DNA from: Trichosphaerium sp. ATCC 40318
Lineage: Eukaryota; Protista; Tubulinea
Assembly (NCBI GenBank): GCA_038496445.1
Contig: JALMLS010000285.1
Location: forward strand, 74,675 to 138,674
DNA: 64,000 nucleotides
Direction of reading: 5' to 3'
Shown: piece by piece, positions 14,421 through 27,602 of the stretch
How the letters are laid out: every line of letters starts with the position of its first letter
Numbering within the stretch: the stretch's first letter is position 1
The notes under the pieces: model-generated
The model's input: only the letters and a program-made list of their open reading frames with translations
The model's database searches: none
Told to the model about the DNA's origin: nothing
Translations under genes and position numbers: made by a program

Positions 14421-17400
14421 ATGGCAACGACGACTGTGACTAAGCGTATAGCGGTTATGACGAGCGGCGGTGACGCCCAGGGCATGAACGCTGCGGTTAG
14501 AGCTGTTGTAAGAAAGGGGTAATGTTCACACTTTTTACTCTGTAAAACTTTGCTCATGAAATCGTTACAGCATCGTAGAAGGCGCTGAGGTGTTTGCCAT
14601 TTATGAAGGATACTCTGGCATGGTTCGTGGTGGGGATTCTATCAAAAAACTTGCCTGGGATGACGTTGGCGGTGTTCTACAAGAGGTACATGGCGTAGTT
14701 CGTTTTTTTTTGGGTTGTACTTTACCGACACTTTACGACTATTCTTACAGTGCTCAGGGCGGTACTTTTATAGGCTCTTCGCGTTGCGCAGAGTTTAGGA
14801 CCAAGGAGGGACGTCAAACAGCAGTACTTAATCTTATTACAAACGGCATTGACAGACTCATATGCATTGGTGGCGATGGTACACTAAACGGGAAAAAATC
14901 GTTTTCCGATTTGGCGAGGCGCTAAAACCTTTAAGGTAGTTTAACTGGCGCTAACATCTTAATGAAGGAGTGGCCTACGCACGTTGAGGCGCTCTTTAAA
15001 GCGAAAAAAATTACAAAAAATACAAAAGTGCGTATTTTCCGCCGTGACGTCACGGAAACCGTGCTTATTTAGGTGCTTAGGACAACCACGCACGCTTACG
15101 TATTGTTGGCCTGGTAGGATCGATTGATAACGACATGGTTGGCACAGAGTGGACTATTGGTTGTGGTGTGTACTCGTTTTTCTTACACTTCTTCATCCAT
15201 CTTACTTCATTTCTTAAGATTCTGCTTTGACCAGAATTGTTGAAGCCATAGATGCCATTAGTAATACTGCCGCCTCTCATCAACGTACTTTCATCATTGA
15301 GGTTATGGGAAGAAACTGTGGTTGGCTGGTGAGTTATTCTTAGGTGAACTGTGTTTGTTGAGTATAATTTTAAGGCACTCATGGCAGCTATTGCTACTGG
15401 AGCAGATTGGTTTTTTATTCCTGAAATGCCTCCTCCAGACACGTGGCAAACAGAAATTGTCAAAGATTTGAAAGATGTATGTCAATAGAGCATGTAAGTG
15501 GTTCAATGTATTTAATTTCTTGTAGCGCAAAGCTCTTGGTAGAAGACAAAATCTTGTAGTACTTGCTGAAGGTGCTAAAGATAGATCCGGTAATAATATT
15601 AGCGCTGAACAGGTCCTGAGACCCTTTGACAATCTTGGATTATATTGATATTTATGTAGGTCAAAAAGTTGCTCGAAGGTGGTCTTGGTGCTTGTACGAT
15701 TGTTTCACTATACTATAAATCTGACCTGTATGTAGCTGTGCGTATTACTGTCCTTGGACACGTTCAAAGAGGAGGAAATCCATCTTGTTTTGATCGAGTT
15801 ATTGTGCGTTCCTTAACTTGCCCATATTAAAATTTAACTACTTCCAGTCAACTGTCAAAGGTATCCGTGCTGTAGAAGTAGCTTTACAAGACAGCGAGAA
15901 GGATGAAGCTTTCCTTGTTGGTATCGAAAACTTTTTACCTGTAGTGCGGCCTCTTATGGAGTTTGTCGAAAAGGTAAGCATTTACTGTGTCATCTTTTGT
16001 TAACTCTACAAGACCCAATCCGTAGCTAAACTCACAGCAACTAAACAATTCGACGAAGCTATGAAGATGAGAGGCGAAGGTTATATTTATGCTTACGAGA
16101 TGCAATGCAGAATTGCAAGAACTCCAAGCCCAGTTGTTGTTAAAAAGGTACTAGCACTAGCCGGTTTTGAGTCTATTCTTAAAAGATCCTAGAAACACGC
16201 TTTCGCCATTATGCATATTGGTGCACCAGCGCCAGGTATTAATAACGCTACGAGAGGAGCTGTTCGATGGATAATGCAAGCTGGTGCGCTTAGAATTGAT
16301 GTAAGTTTCACCTAATAGTTGCATAGGTCATGACGCTTTTGGAATTCAAGGAGGTGTAGAAGGATTGGCTAAGGGTAATCTAAAGCCTATGGGATGGATG
16401 GACGTAGATGGATGGGCGAGAAAAGGTGGATGTTATCTAGGAACTACAAGAACACAACCAGGAGATATGCTTGCTGATATGTCCAAACACTTGATCGAAA
16501 ACCAGATAAAGGTTGATTCTTTTGTGTTTTTCCTTAGTGATTATTTTGTAGGGATTGGTTATCATCGGTGGTTGGGAAGCCTATGCTGCTATGATTACAA
16601 TGTGGGAAGCTCGGTATGTTATAATAACAACTTATTGATTTAAACACGCTTACAGTAGTTGTTTAGTAAGGTACATAAGGGATTCAATATTTCACTTATT
16701 TGCGTCCCTGCTACTATTTCAAATAACTGCCCTGCGACACGAGTCTCTATTGGTTCTGATACAGCCCTAAATGTTATTGTTAGAGTACGTTGAACTTATT
16801 AGTAGTAGCATTTTAAAACTCATCAATATGTAGTCTGCGGATACAGTTAAGCAATCGGCATATGCTACGGGCAACAGAGTATTTGTGATGGAAGTCATGG
16901 GTGGCAGGTATGCTTGGTTAAACAATATTTTATTTAAAACTAATTCATCGAAGATGTGGTTACTTGGGCTTATTAGGTGCTATTGGTGGTGGTGCACAAT
17001 CAACATATTTACCTGATCCACCAAGCGGTACTCCAATCAGGCTTAGCCGTTTAGCGAGAGATATTGCAAAGTTCAAGGTACATTCCTATTTCTTTATCCT
17101 CGGCTTACTTTGTTAGTCACGTGCTACTACATACCATCGCTCAGCTAGTCTTGTTATAAATTGTGAAAAAGCAAGCTCTACTTATGATACCATTACTTTG
17201 CGTAAAATTTTTGAAGAGGAGAGTGATGGCATGTTTAGTGTAAGACATCTTGTTGTAGGACACATTCAACAGGTAACCAAAAAATCAAACTGAATAATTA
17301 TCTTATTGCATACCTAGGGTAATACACCATCTCCTCAGGATAGAATTTCAGCCGTATTTGCTACTAGAAAAGCGGCGTGCATGGCTATTGGTAACGTTGA

Positions 17401-17694
17401 CTCTCCTGTCTGTGGAGCCATATGTACGTAGCATTCCGAATCTACTGAAGTATCCCAAAACTGATTTTTTATTGCTACAGATATTTCTACAGAAGGTGCC
17501 AAGTTTGTTGACTTGAAAGACTTCAAATCTAACATGGATTTTACAAATCGCCGTCCAAAAGAACAATGGTGGCAAGAGCTTTTACAGGTTGTAGGTCAAC
17601 TTAGAAGGCGTCCAGAAAAGTATGTTAAGCCTATTGTTGTTTGTTGAACTAACACAATATCTGTAGATTTCAATGTGAAACTTGTAAAAAGTGA
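14421..17694 (+). CDS. PFK: ATP-dependent 6-phosphofructokinase (eukaryotic tandem-domain type)
   Basis: [59 protein letters not shown]; second half PATISNN, EVMGGRCGYL, GHIQQG. Confidence 0.97.
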
Positions 17695-17819
17695 GCTGGC
17701 CATAGACTATAAGGCGTGTTTCGTTTACCAAATAAAACTGTTGTGCTTGCTTATAAATGTTGTATGTTGATTCGCTCAATGGTGGTATAGACAATTAATT
17801 ATGTAACAAGAAAAACAAC

Positions 17820-20587
17820 ATGAGAAAATCGCTCTGGGGTCAATCATATTCTCCAATTCTTTTCGCAGCGAAAGCAACAGACACATCTCAATCTGACATG
17901 AAGAAGCAAACTACTCTTAATTTTAATACTGGTGGAAAAACGCAAGCAAGTTCGAAGAAGAGACCACCTCCTGAATCAAAAGACACGCCACCACGCAAAA
18001 AGGCTAAGAGAGAGGGCAAAGAAGAGAGTTCCGTAGAGGAAATTGAAAATGTACTTAATTATTGTAACGGTTTGCATTAAATGTTGTTTAGTGGTCTGAT
18101 GATGATCTACCAGTGAAACCTGGGCTTGTGGCACCAACAAAAGCAGAAAAGAAGCCAATCACTAACGCCTTTCGCCAATACGCGTCTAAAAGGGCTGCTA
18201 ATAGCCCCTCAGTACCAACATGGTACTACAACGCCGGTAAATCATGGAGCGCGTACACAACGGCTACAAGCGCCCGAATTGAAGCTGCATATAAATCACG
18301 CAAGCAGCACGTTGTCAGAGTGGACGGTTTGCGATTTGTTGATTTGTCAAAACTGATACAACGGTACGGATCCATCTCAACAACAATGGTAGTAATAACT
18401 AACTGGCGTTTACAGCCGTTATGACGATTACTTTTCCACGCGCTGTCGTAGTATAAAGCGTGAAGGTCCTGGAGGCGCAGCCAAGCCCATAGCACCTGTG
18501 ACAATAACGACACCAATCAATTTCCAGTGGGCATGGCGAAACGATAAGGGCGCTATGATACCATACGAGCCAGCTGTAAATGCTGTTTTAGAGGAAGCCT
18601 ACAAAAGGAAACACCCAAAGTGTTCCGTAGACAAGTGCGTAGACTATGCTTCTTTTCAGAAAACATTGTCTTAGTCACGTTTATAGGGAGAGGTTTGTTG
18701 AATTTAAGACAATGTCACAAAGAAGGATGGATAATCCTGGTAAATGCCGTATTGTTAAGCGTCAGCATGTAAAAGTGCCTACAACGCCAGCTAATGTTGC
18801 AGCAAATATACCAGCTGATTTAACGCCTGTATGGTCGTGGCTTAGAAATGATAACGTTTGGGTACACCATGTGCAGCATTTTTTTTTCTTCTCTGCTCTT
18901 TTTTTTTATTGTCTTTTTGTTTGAAGATTGTGGACTTGCAACCTTGTATTAAATGTTGTGTTAAGGTTCCATATGCCAAAGAAATTATAGAGAATATCGA
19001 GAGAGCTTTTATACATAAAGATGAGACTAAAGTCAGAGTTGACGATGAGCGTTATGTTGATCTAGTTAATTTTCTTCAGAGGTAACTCATTTCAGCTCTT
19101 CACTTACCAAACGTTATTGTTTTGTTTCTTTTTCTACAATTGTACTAACTTTGTTAAAAAGGAGGTATGATGGGTTTGATAGAAAGAGATATATCAAGCG
19201 GACAATACCTTTCAGAGTGAGTTACTCATTTCATTTTTTTCTTCTAACCAATCTATCTATCAAGAAAATTCAAGCTTCTGATGACCTTACGCCAGCACAA
19301 AAACAACGTGCAGAGAGGAGCCGCAAAGAAGCACTAAAGAGGTTAGCTATACTAAATGAAAAAAAGAAACAGCAAGGATTCTACTCTAAGAATAAACCGC
19401 CTGTGAAAAAAAGTCCATATTTCAACAAATCAAAAAAACCTACTGGAAAAAAAGCTATTCTATATGATGTCATGAATGATGATGACGATGATGTATTGAT
19501 ATTATCAGCGTCAGATATCCCAAAAACAGAAGACAAGGAGAACTACATAGTAGTTAACTTTGATAGCGATTCAGGTGACTTCAAAACTAAAATTATTTTT
19601 CTTTTTCTGGTTCAACTTTTTGCTAACATACTCTCAAGATGGCGAGTCTGAATCAGTTGTTGATGATCCTCTTAAAGACAAAGACGTTCTTCGCGCTGAA
19701 AGGCGTAAAAAATACAAATGTGGTGATAAATTCACAGTGCTTGCAGATGTACCAACATGGGCACAAACACTAGTTCATGTGAGTTATTATCTTTTTTCTT
19801 TTGTTGTTCAACTTTGTGCCTGTCTTACAATTCTATTACTTAGAAAAAAGCTGTTGCTGCTGAGGAACCAAAATTTGAGCCTAGCAATGAAATGAATACT
19901 ATCGTATCAATATGGAAAGGTGACATAACTTCGTTAGGTATAGTTTGTTAAAATTGCTACAGGGTTTCTTTTTTAACATAAACTTGTAGAGGTGGATGCA
20001 ATTGTTAATGCAGCCAAGCCTTCACTTTTGGGTGGTGGAGGTATTGATGGAGCTATACATAAAGCTGCAGGAAAGGGTCTTGTAAATGAATGCGCTTTAA
20101 TAGGTGGTTGTGATCCTGGGGAGGCAAAGGTACTGAAAGGACTAAAGTGAAGTTGAACCAGTTTTTTTGTTTCCACAAATCTAACTCGAAAATAGATCAC
20201 CTTGGGTTACAAACTACCTGCACTTCGCGTTATACATACTGTTGGACCTATTGGAGAAGATGCAGATACTCTACAAAAATGCTACATTAACAGGTATTTG
20301 TTTTTTCTTTCTCCAATACATGATTTTTCTCACTTTTTTCTAGTTTAAACAAAGCCAAGAAAAGGAAATTGAAGACCATTGCGTTTTGTTGTATATCAAC
20401 TGGTATTTATGGATATCCAAATAAAGAAGCTGCACATGTTGCTTTAAAGACAGTGAGAACTTGGCTTGAAGATGAAGACAACAAATCTGCTATGAAACGC
20501 ATTGTTTTTTGCGTCTTTTTGAAGAAAGATGCTATTCTGTACAGTAATTTGATGAAGAAATATTACTTCTCAGCAGTACCAGAATAA
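17820..20587 (+). CDS. three WWE domains + MacroD-type ADP-ribose hydrolase domain
   Basis: Three W.W....W..Y......IE.AY...VD..R.VD...QRR units. Macro motifs [52 protein letters not shown]. Start could be 17898. Confidence 0.9.
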
Positions 20588-20932
20588 TTTCACTGTAATA
20601 AAGTATTATTAGATAAACTCTCATATTGATGAAGTCTGCTGCAATTTTTTTTTCACGTGAACCTGGAAAACCTTCACGTGATTTTGCTTTTTGGTTGCTA
20701 CACCAAAGTCTGTTTAAAGTACCCACCACGTTCATTTGCAAAGTTTTAAGTTATTAAAATAGACTTGTGCTTTAGAGAACATCAACGTGTCAAATCAAAA
20801 CAAAATAAAAAAAAGTGTAAACATCTTTGCAAAGAATCTCCCAGTACACAAATCCATTAATATATCACTTTATTGTAAACTCTTGTACATTTACTACCAT
20901 GTCTTGGTTTCTTTTGTAACCAGCCAATTCTG

Positions 20933-22321
20933 TTATCTCTCTGTGTCAATTGTAACAATAGTACCAATTCGGCTATTGGTTTTATTATTAAGCCTATAAG
21001 GGTAAATGATATTCCGTATTTTAGGAACAAAGATCGCCACAGCCGCTACGACCACAACCAATACGATAACTATTACGACTAAAATCATAACCAAAGCGAG
21101 TGGACCACTATTCTGTTCATCTTCGTTACATGCACTTCCAATAAGTACAATCAATTGACCAACTTGATTAATTCCTACGCCATGAGTATAAGTGAAAAAA
21201 AAGTCGAAGTTTTTTATGAAAGTTCTCGAACCTTCTTTAAAGCAAGCATCTGACCTTGATAGTGTTACATTATCTAAATCTATTTCACAAGCATCCGTTG
21301 AATTTATAAGAGGTATTGTTGAAGCAGACTGTGCGAAAGAGTTAAGTTAGAAAAAGGATCAAATCAAGTCTTCTGAGACAAACGTACATCATCTTGTATG
21401 TCTATCGTTATATTCCCTTGAAAAGTGACGCAACCACCAATAGAAATACTTGATTCACCAGAAGCAGTTAGTGTTGTATTACCCAGAAATATGATATCTC
21501 CTACACGTAGAAATTGTCAGTAAGGATTATTTTATTTTGTCGTTGAAACTGAATAAACCAAAAGTACCAGGAACAATGACTGTTTCATCAATTACAGAAG
21601 CATCACCGTCAACATAGGCTGGTGGATGTTTTTCGTCACTACAAACTAAAGCTCTCGCTTTTCCACAAGGAATATCATTTAAACCTGTAAACGGTCACGT
21701 GATTAGCCTTATTTTTATTAATTTTATTCGTACCTCCACGCCTACTCTCCATACATCTCTCAGGTTCTCCGTTGTCGTCTACAAAACTTGGTTGACCAAT
21801 GAGGAAGTTTTCATTCAGAAATTGTGGAACATCGTCATCGTATGATGTGAATAGAGTGGTTTTAGTAAATGACGTGTTGTCACTTTGCCAGTAAAAAGTT
21901 GACAACGCTTCAACACATTTTGTACAGTTTCCTCCTTGTCTACAGTCACTGCATGTATTGGAAGAATAGTTCCGTGGTCCAACACGCTCTGCGTTTAGCC
22001 AATAACCTCTTGACCCAACAGCAGGAGGAAGTTTATCTTGAAACTCTCTTGTTCTGGCTTCTACAATAGTCGAGTTCCTACATGAAGTTTGTACCGTTAT
22101 GTCGATAATAAAATAAAAAAACGAACAATTAGTAACACAGACGCTAGTTATGAATTGGGTTGAGAAAAAAAGCGATTTTTAATATGTTACCACGTGTAAG
22201 CGTACCTCATAGTGCATTCATCACCCCCTTTTTTAAAATCCATTCTTTTGGTGGAAATCTCTACTGGTAACAGCAACAATAACGATATAAGTAGAAAACC
22301 TGCTTTATATAGATACGCCAT
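20933..22321 (-). CDS. type I membrane protein with C-type lectin-like domain
   Basis: Signal peptide; C..YWLNA...FYW...NFLIGQP..ERC....LNDIPC....VC C-type lectin pattern; beta-rich stalk; single TM LALVMILVVIVIVLVVVVAAVAIF. Confidence 0.8.
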
Positions 22322-22450
22322 GTCGTTTTATGATACGAAAAGTTACGAATGATCACAAGATTTTGGCTGGCAAAAGTCAACAACGAAAAGCTGTCATTGC
22401 TGATGGGTGTTACTGTGTGTTACACGCTTAAATAAATATTCATCCTCCAT

Positions 22451-23794
22451 TTAGATGATGGACTTTACAGCAAGCTGTAAGGTTCTATAAATTTGTTAAG
22501 AAGAAAGAAAAATGTAAAAGAGTAAAAGTATGTACAGTTGTTGTGATTTTTTTAACCAGGCTTTGTTAAATCTTTTCATTTCCCAAATCACATCTGGGTA
22601 CAATTGTTGTAAAGCGGCTGGGTAGTACCTATACATGTATTTTCCCCCGAGAAATTCAAGTTGTCTCGTAGAAACACGGTACCTAATCCCAATCAGACTA
22701 TAAAAATAAAAACTACAAAGTTCATAAGTTACCATTCAGAAGGCGAACTGATACCATAATGCGCTCTTACACGCTTCAAAAATTGAACCTGACTCTGCAT
22801 AGTACTCCAGCGACCATTGCGCCTTTTTTTGGGTGGAAAAAGCCGTTCAAGTGCGTTTGGTAGACTTGTGTACCTAAAAAGAAAAGAATTAATATAATTT
22901 CAGATACAAAAGAAAAGAAAGACCTTGCTAAGATTGTTTCTCCTCCAGCATCAACAATTTGATCCCTGGTGACATGATTCCAACATTCCTTCTCGTAAAC
23001 ACGTAATTGTTGTCCAATGACATTAAACATATCTCTCTGGCGAGTGAGGCTGTCCCAGTAGTCAATAGGTAAGAATCTACCAAGAATGAGGTTTTTATCG
23101 ATTATTTTTACCGCTTGGACTCACGAAAACTTCCAAGGGAGCCAATTATGTGTTGGGTATAACGCTTGCAAACACTTCGACAACGACAAATTGTACCTGT
23201 GTAAAAAGTCAACAAACCTATTATTCACTTGCACTTATCGATATGCTAGTGCACTACGGGTGTACTTACATGCGTAAAACAGCGTATCCTTCTGGTGTCT
23301 TCTCAAACACGCCCTGTGGTACTTTGTACCAACCATCAAGATTCTTGACATTTAATTTTTTGGCAGTAGTGTTAACGACTGTTTGTTGGTGTTCAATTTG
23401 AGTCCAATGGCGTTGAGGTGCTTTTCTAATGCAATGTTTAGATGTAACAATGTGTTGTGTGCCCTCGTACTTGAAGCGCCATAGTGCCCACGCATAGCGT
23501 GGATATACGTCCTGCAGAGCTTTTGAAACAGAATTACCGTATCTACAACGCGTTAGACAAAAAGAGTGCAAATTGCTGTTGTGCTGACACGCTTAGTACG
23601 CCCCCACCACCTTTGGCGTGAATTTGTCGCGCTGTAGCATTATACCAAGCTTCTAAGTGCGTTACGCCAAGTTTTTTGCCAAGTTTATCAAACGCTTTCG
23701 CTCTATTGTCTATACGCGTCCAAGTACCTCTGTATCAATTAGAAGAAGCTTTTTCTCTGCCAAGAACTTACCGACAAACTGCGTTTGTGCTCAT
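22451..23794 (-). CDS. Trp-rich helical-repeat protein (4 repeats) lacking the nuclease domain
   Basis: Repeats such as KKLGVTHLEAWY..GGGGVL..YP..W..WRF. Last repeat WYRVSTRQL..LGG..YYP matches the paralogs. Stop follows KKSQQL-TLQLAVKSII. Confidence 0.8.
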
Positions 23795-24034
23795 CACTGT
23801 CACATTGCTCTTTTGAAGTTAACGTGCTGTGGCTCTGCTTCACGTGGGCGGTTGACTTTTTTTTTATTGTGGCTTAACAGCTCGTTAGAAGTCTTGTTCG
23901 CCAGTTTTCCAGCTCCATCAGCAAGTGATTACCATTTGGTCGTGTAATTTGACATTACATCCAAACGTTGGCATACAACGCTCATGGCGATGGAATTATT
24001 ATTTATACAGTCTATACGTCAGTTGTAGTAACCA

Positions 24035-26598
24035 ATGTAAGTCTTTTAGCCTGTTCGCACCCAAACAGCTTACAATTACGCGTTAGGCGCGTCTATCACC
24101 TTCAAGTAATTAATAATGTGGCTGAACAGCTTAAACTCAAACACCTTGATGAATGGTACTCAACACCAACAAAAGACGTAGTAACACACGGCGGTGGTAG
24201 TACACTAGCGTAAGTCTTTACCACATCGGGTAAAAACGCGTAATAACGCTTTACATAAATTTTAGATACTTCCAAAACTCAGTTTCAGTATGCTTACATA
24301 CGCTGTATCCTAACCACAAATGGATTCCTTGGAAATTTGCGTACGACAGCTGTATTTCACATAAAGAAATAACTTCCAAAACAAGAAAAGTACCAAGGCA
24401 GTTTTGGAGCAGTATCAAGAACCAAAGAGCTCTATTAAACCATATTGGTAAAGAAAATAGTTTAAAGCATCTAGATGATTGGTATAAACTTGAATTTGAT
24501 CACGTGTTTAATAATGCAAGCGCACTCTTGAAGTAAGTCTTCTTCCAACCGCAAACATACACGACTACAATTACTAATGACACTTCGTAGCCACTACTAT
24601 GATGGATCGCGATTGTATTTATTGGAGAGCGTGTTTCCAAAGCATAGTTGGGATCCAAGTAGATTTATGTACGTCCCATAGTTATCACTCTTTATGCTTA
24701 CTAAAAATAACAGCAACTTGCGTGAATCGACAAAATCTAAAAGTAACGAAGGCTACATCAATACTTTAGCTCAAAGACTAAATGTTAAGTGTCTTGATGA
24801 TTGGTATGCTGTAAATAATACAGATTTATACCGTCACGGTGGAGACAGGATGAGGTTAATACTCAACACAATACAATTCTAAATATCAACATAGGAACAT
24901 TGTAAATAGCTCTTTAATGACGCTTCTCACTAGAATGTATCCGCGCCACAACTGGTCAGCAAGTAGCACGTATGTATGCTATATCTTTCTTTTACTCATC
25001 TTGTATTTGTAGAAATAACCTAAAAGACAACGATCAAAAGAAAATGATACTAGAGAAAACTGCTAAAAAGCTAAATATAAAAACATTAGATGACTGGTAT
25101 ATTGTATCTTATGATGCGTTTACCAGTCAAGGTGCAAACGGGTTTCTCATGTAAGTAATACCTATAACATATAACACTAACAAGTATCATTCAGGGATGA
25201 ATACAACGGGTCTATTATTGAATGTGTGGCTAGTGTCTATCCTGGACACGAATGGAATAAAAATCGTTTCAAGTACGTCATTGAGTTACTGACTAAACGA
25301 AACCTTAATGTTTCTTAGATCTTCTAGTTCTCTTAATAAAAATGAACGTAAAGAATTATTTGATAAGATTGCTGCAAAGCTAAAAATAAAGGAGATAGAA
25401 CAGTGGTATAGTATTGAGTTTAGCAAAGTTTTAAAAAATGGAGCAAGAAAAATAATGTCGTAAGTGAAGCTTTTCGTTTTTTTTTGTAGACTTGCTTAAC
25501 ACTTGTTCGTTGATCTTGTTATTTTAAGAAATCTATGTAATGGTGATGCATTACATTCTTTACTATCTCAAATATATCCACATCAACAGTGGTCTCCATG
25601 GAAGTTCATGTAAGAATAGTATTTGTAACGTTTTTCTTATACCACTTTTTGCAAGGTCATCACAAGGATATTGGCGTTATGTTAGCAACCAAAGAGATTT
25701 TCTACTCTCTGCTCAGAAGCATCTTGGAATTGAGGAACCTGAAGAATGGTATAGTGATTATTTTGGGTTGGCGGCCTAATATAGTGAAGGTATCGCGTTT
25801 CAACACAGCAAATACGAGACTTGGGAGGTCAAGGTATCTTGACGTATTGGCCACAAGTTCTGGTACGCGATTCCTTCAGTTGTTAAGACCTAACACGTAC
25901 AAAAGTTGCGTATCGAGCCTGAGTTTCCATGGAAATGGAAGAAGTTCTCTTATTGGCAAGGCAGACTATCAAAGCAACGGTACATTTACACAAGTTTTAG
26001 TGATGTTTGTTTGTTTATTAGAGTTGTAGGCAGCTAATTAAGTGTTTGCAAGTAATTTTCCCACGTGCGCAAGTACTTGAAGAACACGTTATAGATTTAA
26101 GTGCAAGCAACCAAGAGAGAGTCACTCTTGATGTGTACATACCGGAGTTTCATCTAGCACTTGAATATCAAGGTAAACTGACGAACCGATTTGCGTTCTT
26201 TCTGACATACGTCATTAGGAGAGCATCACTATAGGGATGGAGTATTCTTCACTGATCAATTTTCAGCCATTCAACGCACAAGGGATACAGAAAAGCTTCA
26301 AAAATGCTCAGACATAGGTATGTTTCATAGACGATACTGTTTTTACGAAAGGGATTAACCTAACGTAGGAATTTGCTTGGTTCATATCCCTTATTGGTGG
26401 GGCGGTGGTATAGACGAGATTGTCATGACACTGCGTTCAAATGCAAGTCATATTGACTTGTCAGACATAAAGTGCCAGAGTGACGCAAAACCATTAATGG
26501 CATTACCTGAAGAGACCAACGTACCCTCAAAGGGTATAAACCTAATGTTTCCGAATAGTAATCAAAACATGCATTCTCCTTTGTACGCTACTCAATAA
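24035..26598 (+). CDS. Trp-rich helical-repeat protein (6 repeats) with C-terminal PD-(D/E)XK (RAP/Vsr-like) nuclease
   Basis: Six L..WY...G...YP.H.W...F repeats; nuclease VTLDVYIPEFHLALEYQGEHHY...RDTEK..C..IGICLVHIPYWW. Start probably an AT|G split by intron 24037-24086. Confidence 0.88.
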
Positions 26599-26877
26599 AA
26601 CTACATGTACAATTAAAACCGGAGGCGGTTTTGGTAATTTTTGTGCAAAAGAAGAAAGAGCAGACAAGTTTCCGTAGTTGTAATGGTGTGAGGCTGATAT
26701 GTTTATTCTTGAAACTTGGGCCATTGTAGCTTGTCGGAAACTGTTCCACATTATTTCTTCTAAAAAGAATCTATTTTTAAATTTAGAATTTCAATGAATG
26801 ATACGAAAATAAAGTTAGACACAAATCAACAAAGCATACTTGCAACACAATAACTCAGCAACAACAAACATAAAGCT

Positions 26878-27602
26878 ATGACAGAATACAAACTAGTAAT
26901 CGTAGGTGGCGGTGGTGTTGGTAAATCCGCACTTACAATTCAACTTATCCAAAACCAATTTGTTGATGAGTACGCACCTTAACTTGACTGTTTTAAAGCG
27001 TTTTATCTTATAATAAGTAGATACGACCCAACAATTGAAGACAGTTACCGCAAACAAGTCGTCATCGATGGTGAAGTATCATTATTGGATATTCTCGATA
27101 CTGCCGGCCAAGACGAGTACTCCGCAATGAGAGATCAGGTAAAGCACCGTTTTGTACGAATTAACGTCTAATATATCGATTAGTACATGAGAACTGGCAC
27201 TGGGTTTCTCCTTACATACTCGATAACGAGTTCGAGCAGTTTCGACGAAGTAAACAGATTCAGAGAACAAATTCTAAGGTGAGTTTTTGCCCATGTTTAG
27301 TAACGCGCGGTTTTGTTCCAATTTCTCACTTTCTTTTTTTTAGAGTCAAAGATAAAGACAGAGTTCCAATGGTATTGATTGGAAACAAAGCTGATCTTGA
27401 GATCGAAAGACAAGTTACTACAACAGAAGGCGAAGCTGTCGCTAAGAACTATTGTATACCTTTTTTTGAATGCTCTGCTATGACACGACAAAATGTTGAA
27501 GAGGCTTTCTTTGAACTTGTTAGAGAAGTAAGGAAGGTAGATGCCCCTGTAAACAAAAAGGCTTCAAAGACAAAAAAATCCAAACGATGCTCAATACTTT
27601 GA
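26878..27602 (+). CDS. ras: Ras GTPase (RasG/RasD-like)
   Basis: [43 protein letters not shown]; CaaX CSIL. Confidence 0.97.

Noticed and set aside
14302-14430. Both divergent genes begin ATGGCAACGA, forming a 10-bp inverted repeat
   Set aside because: Explained by a shared M-A-T start; probably coincidental.
23284-23292. GTATCCTTC U12-like donor (similar word near 59300)
   Set aside because: Lies antisense within coding exons of minus-strand genes.
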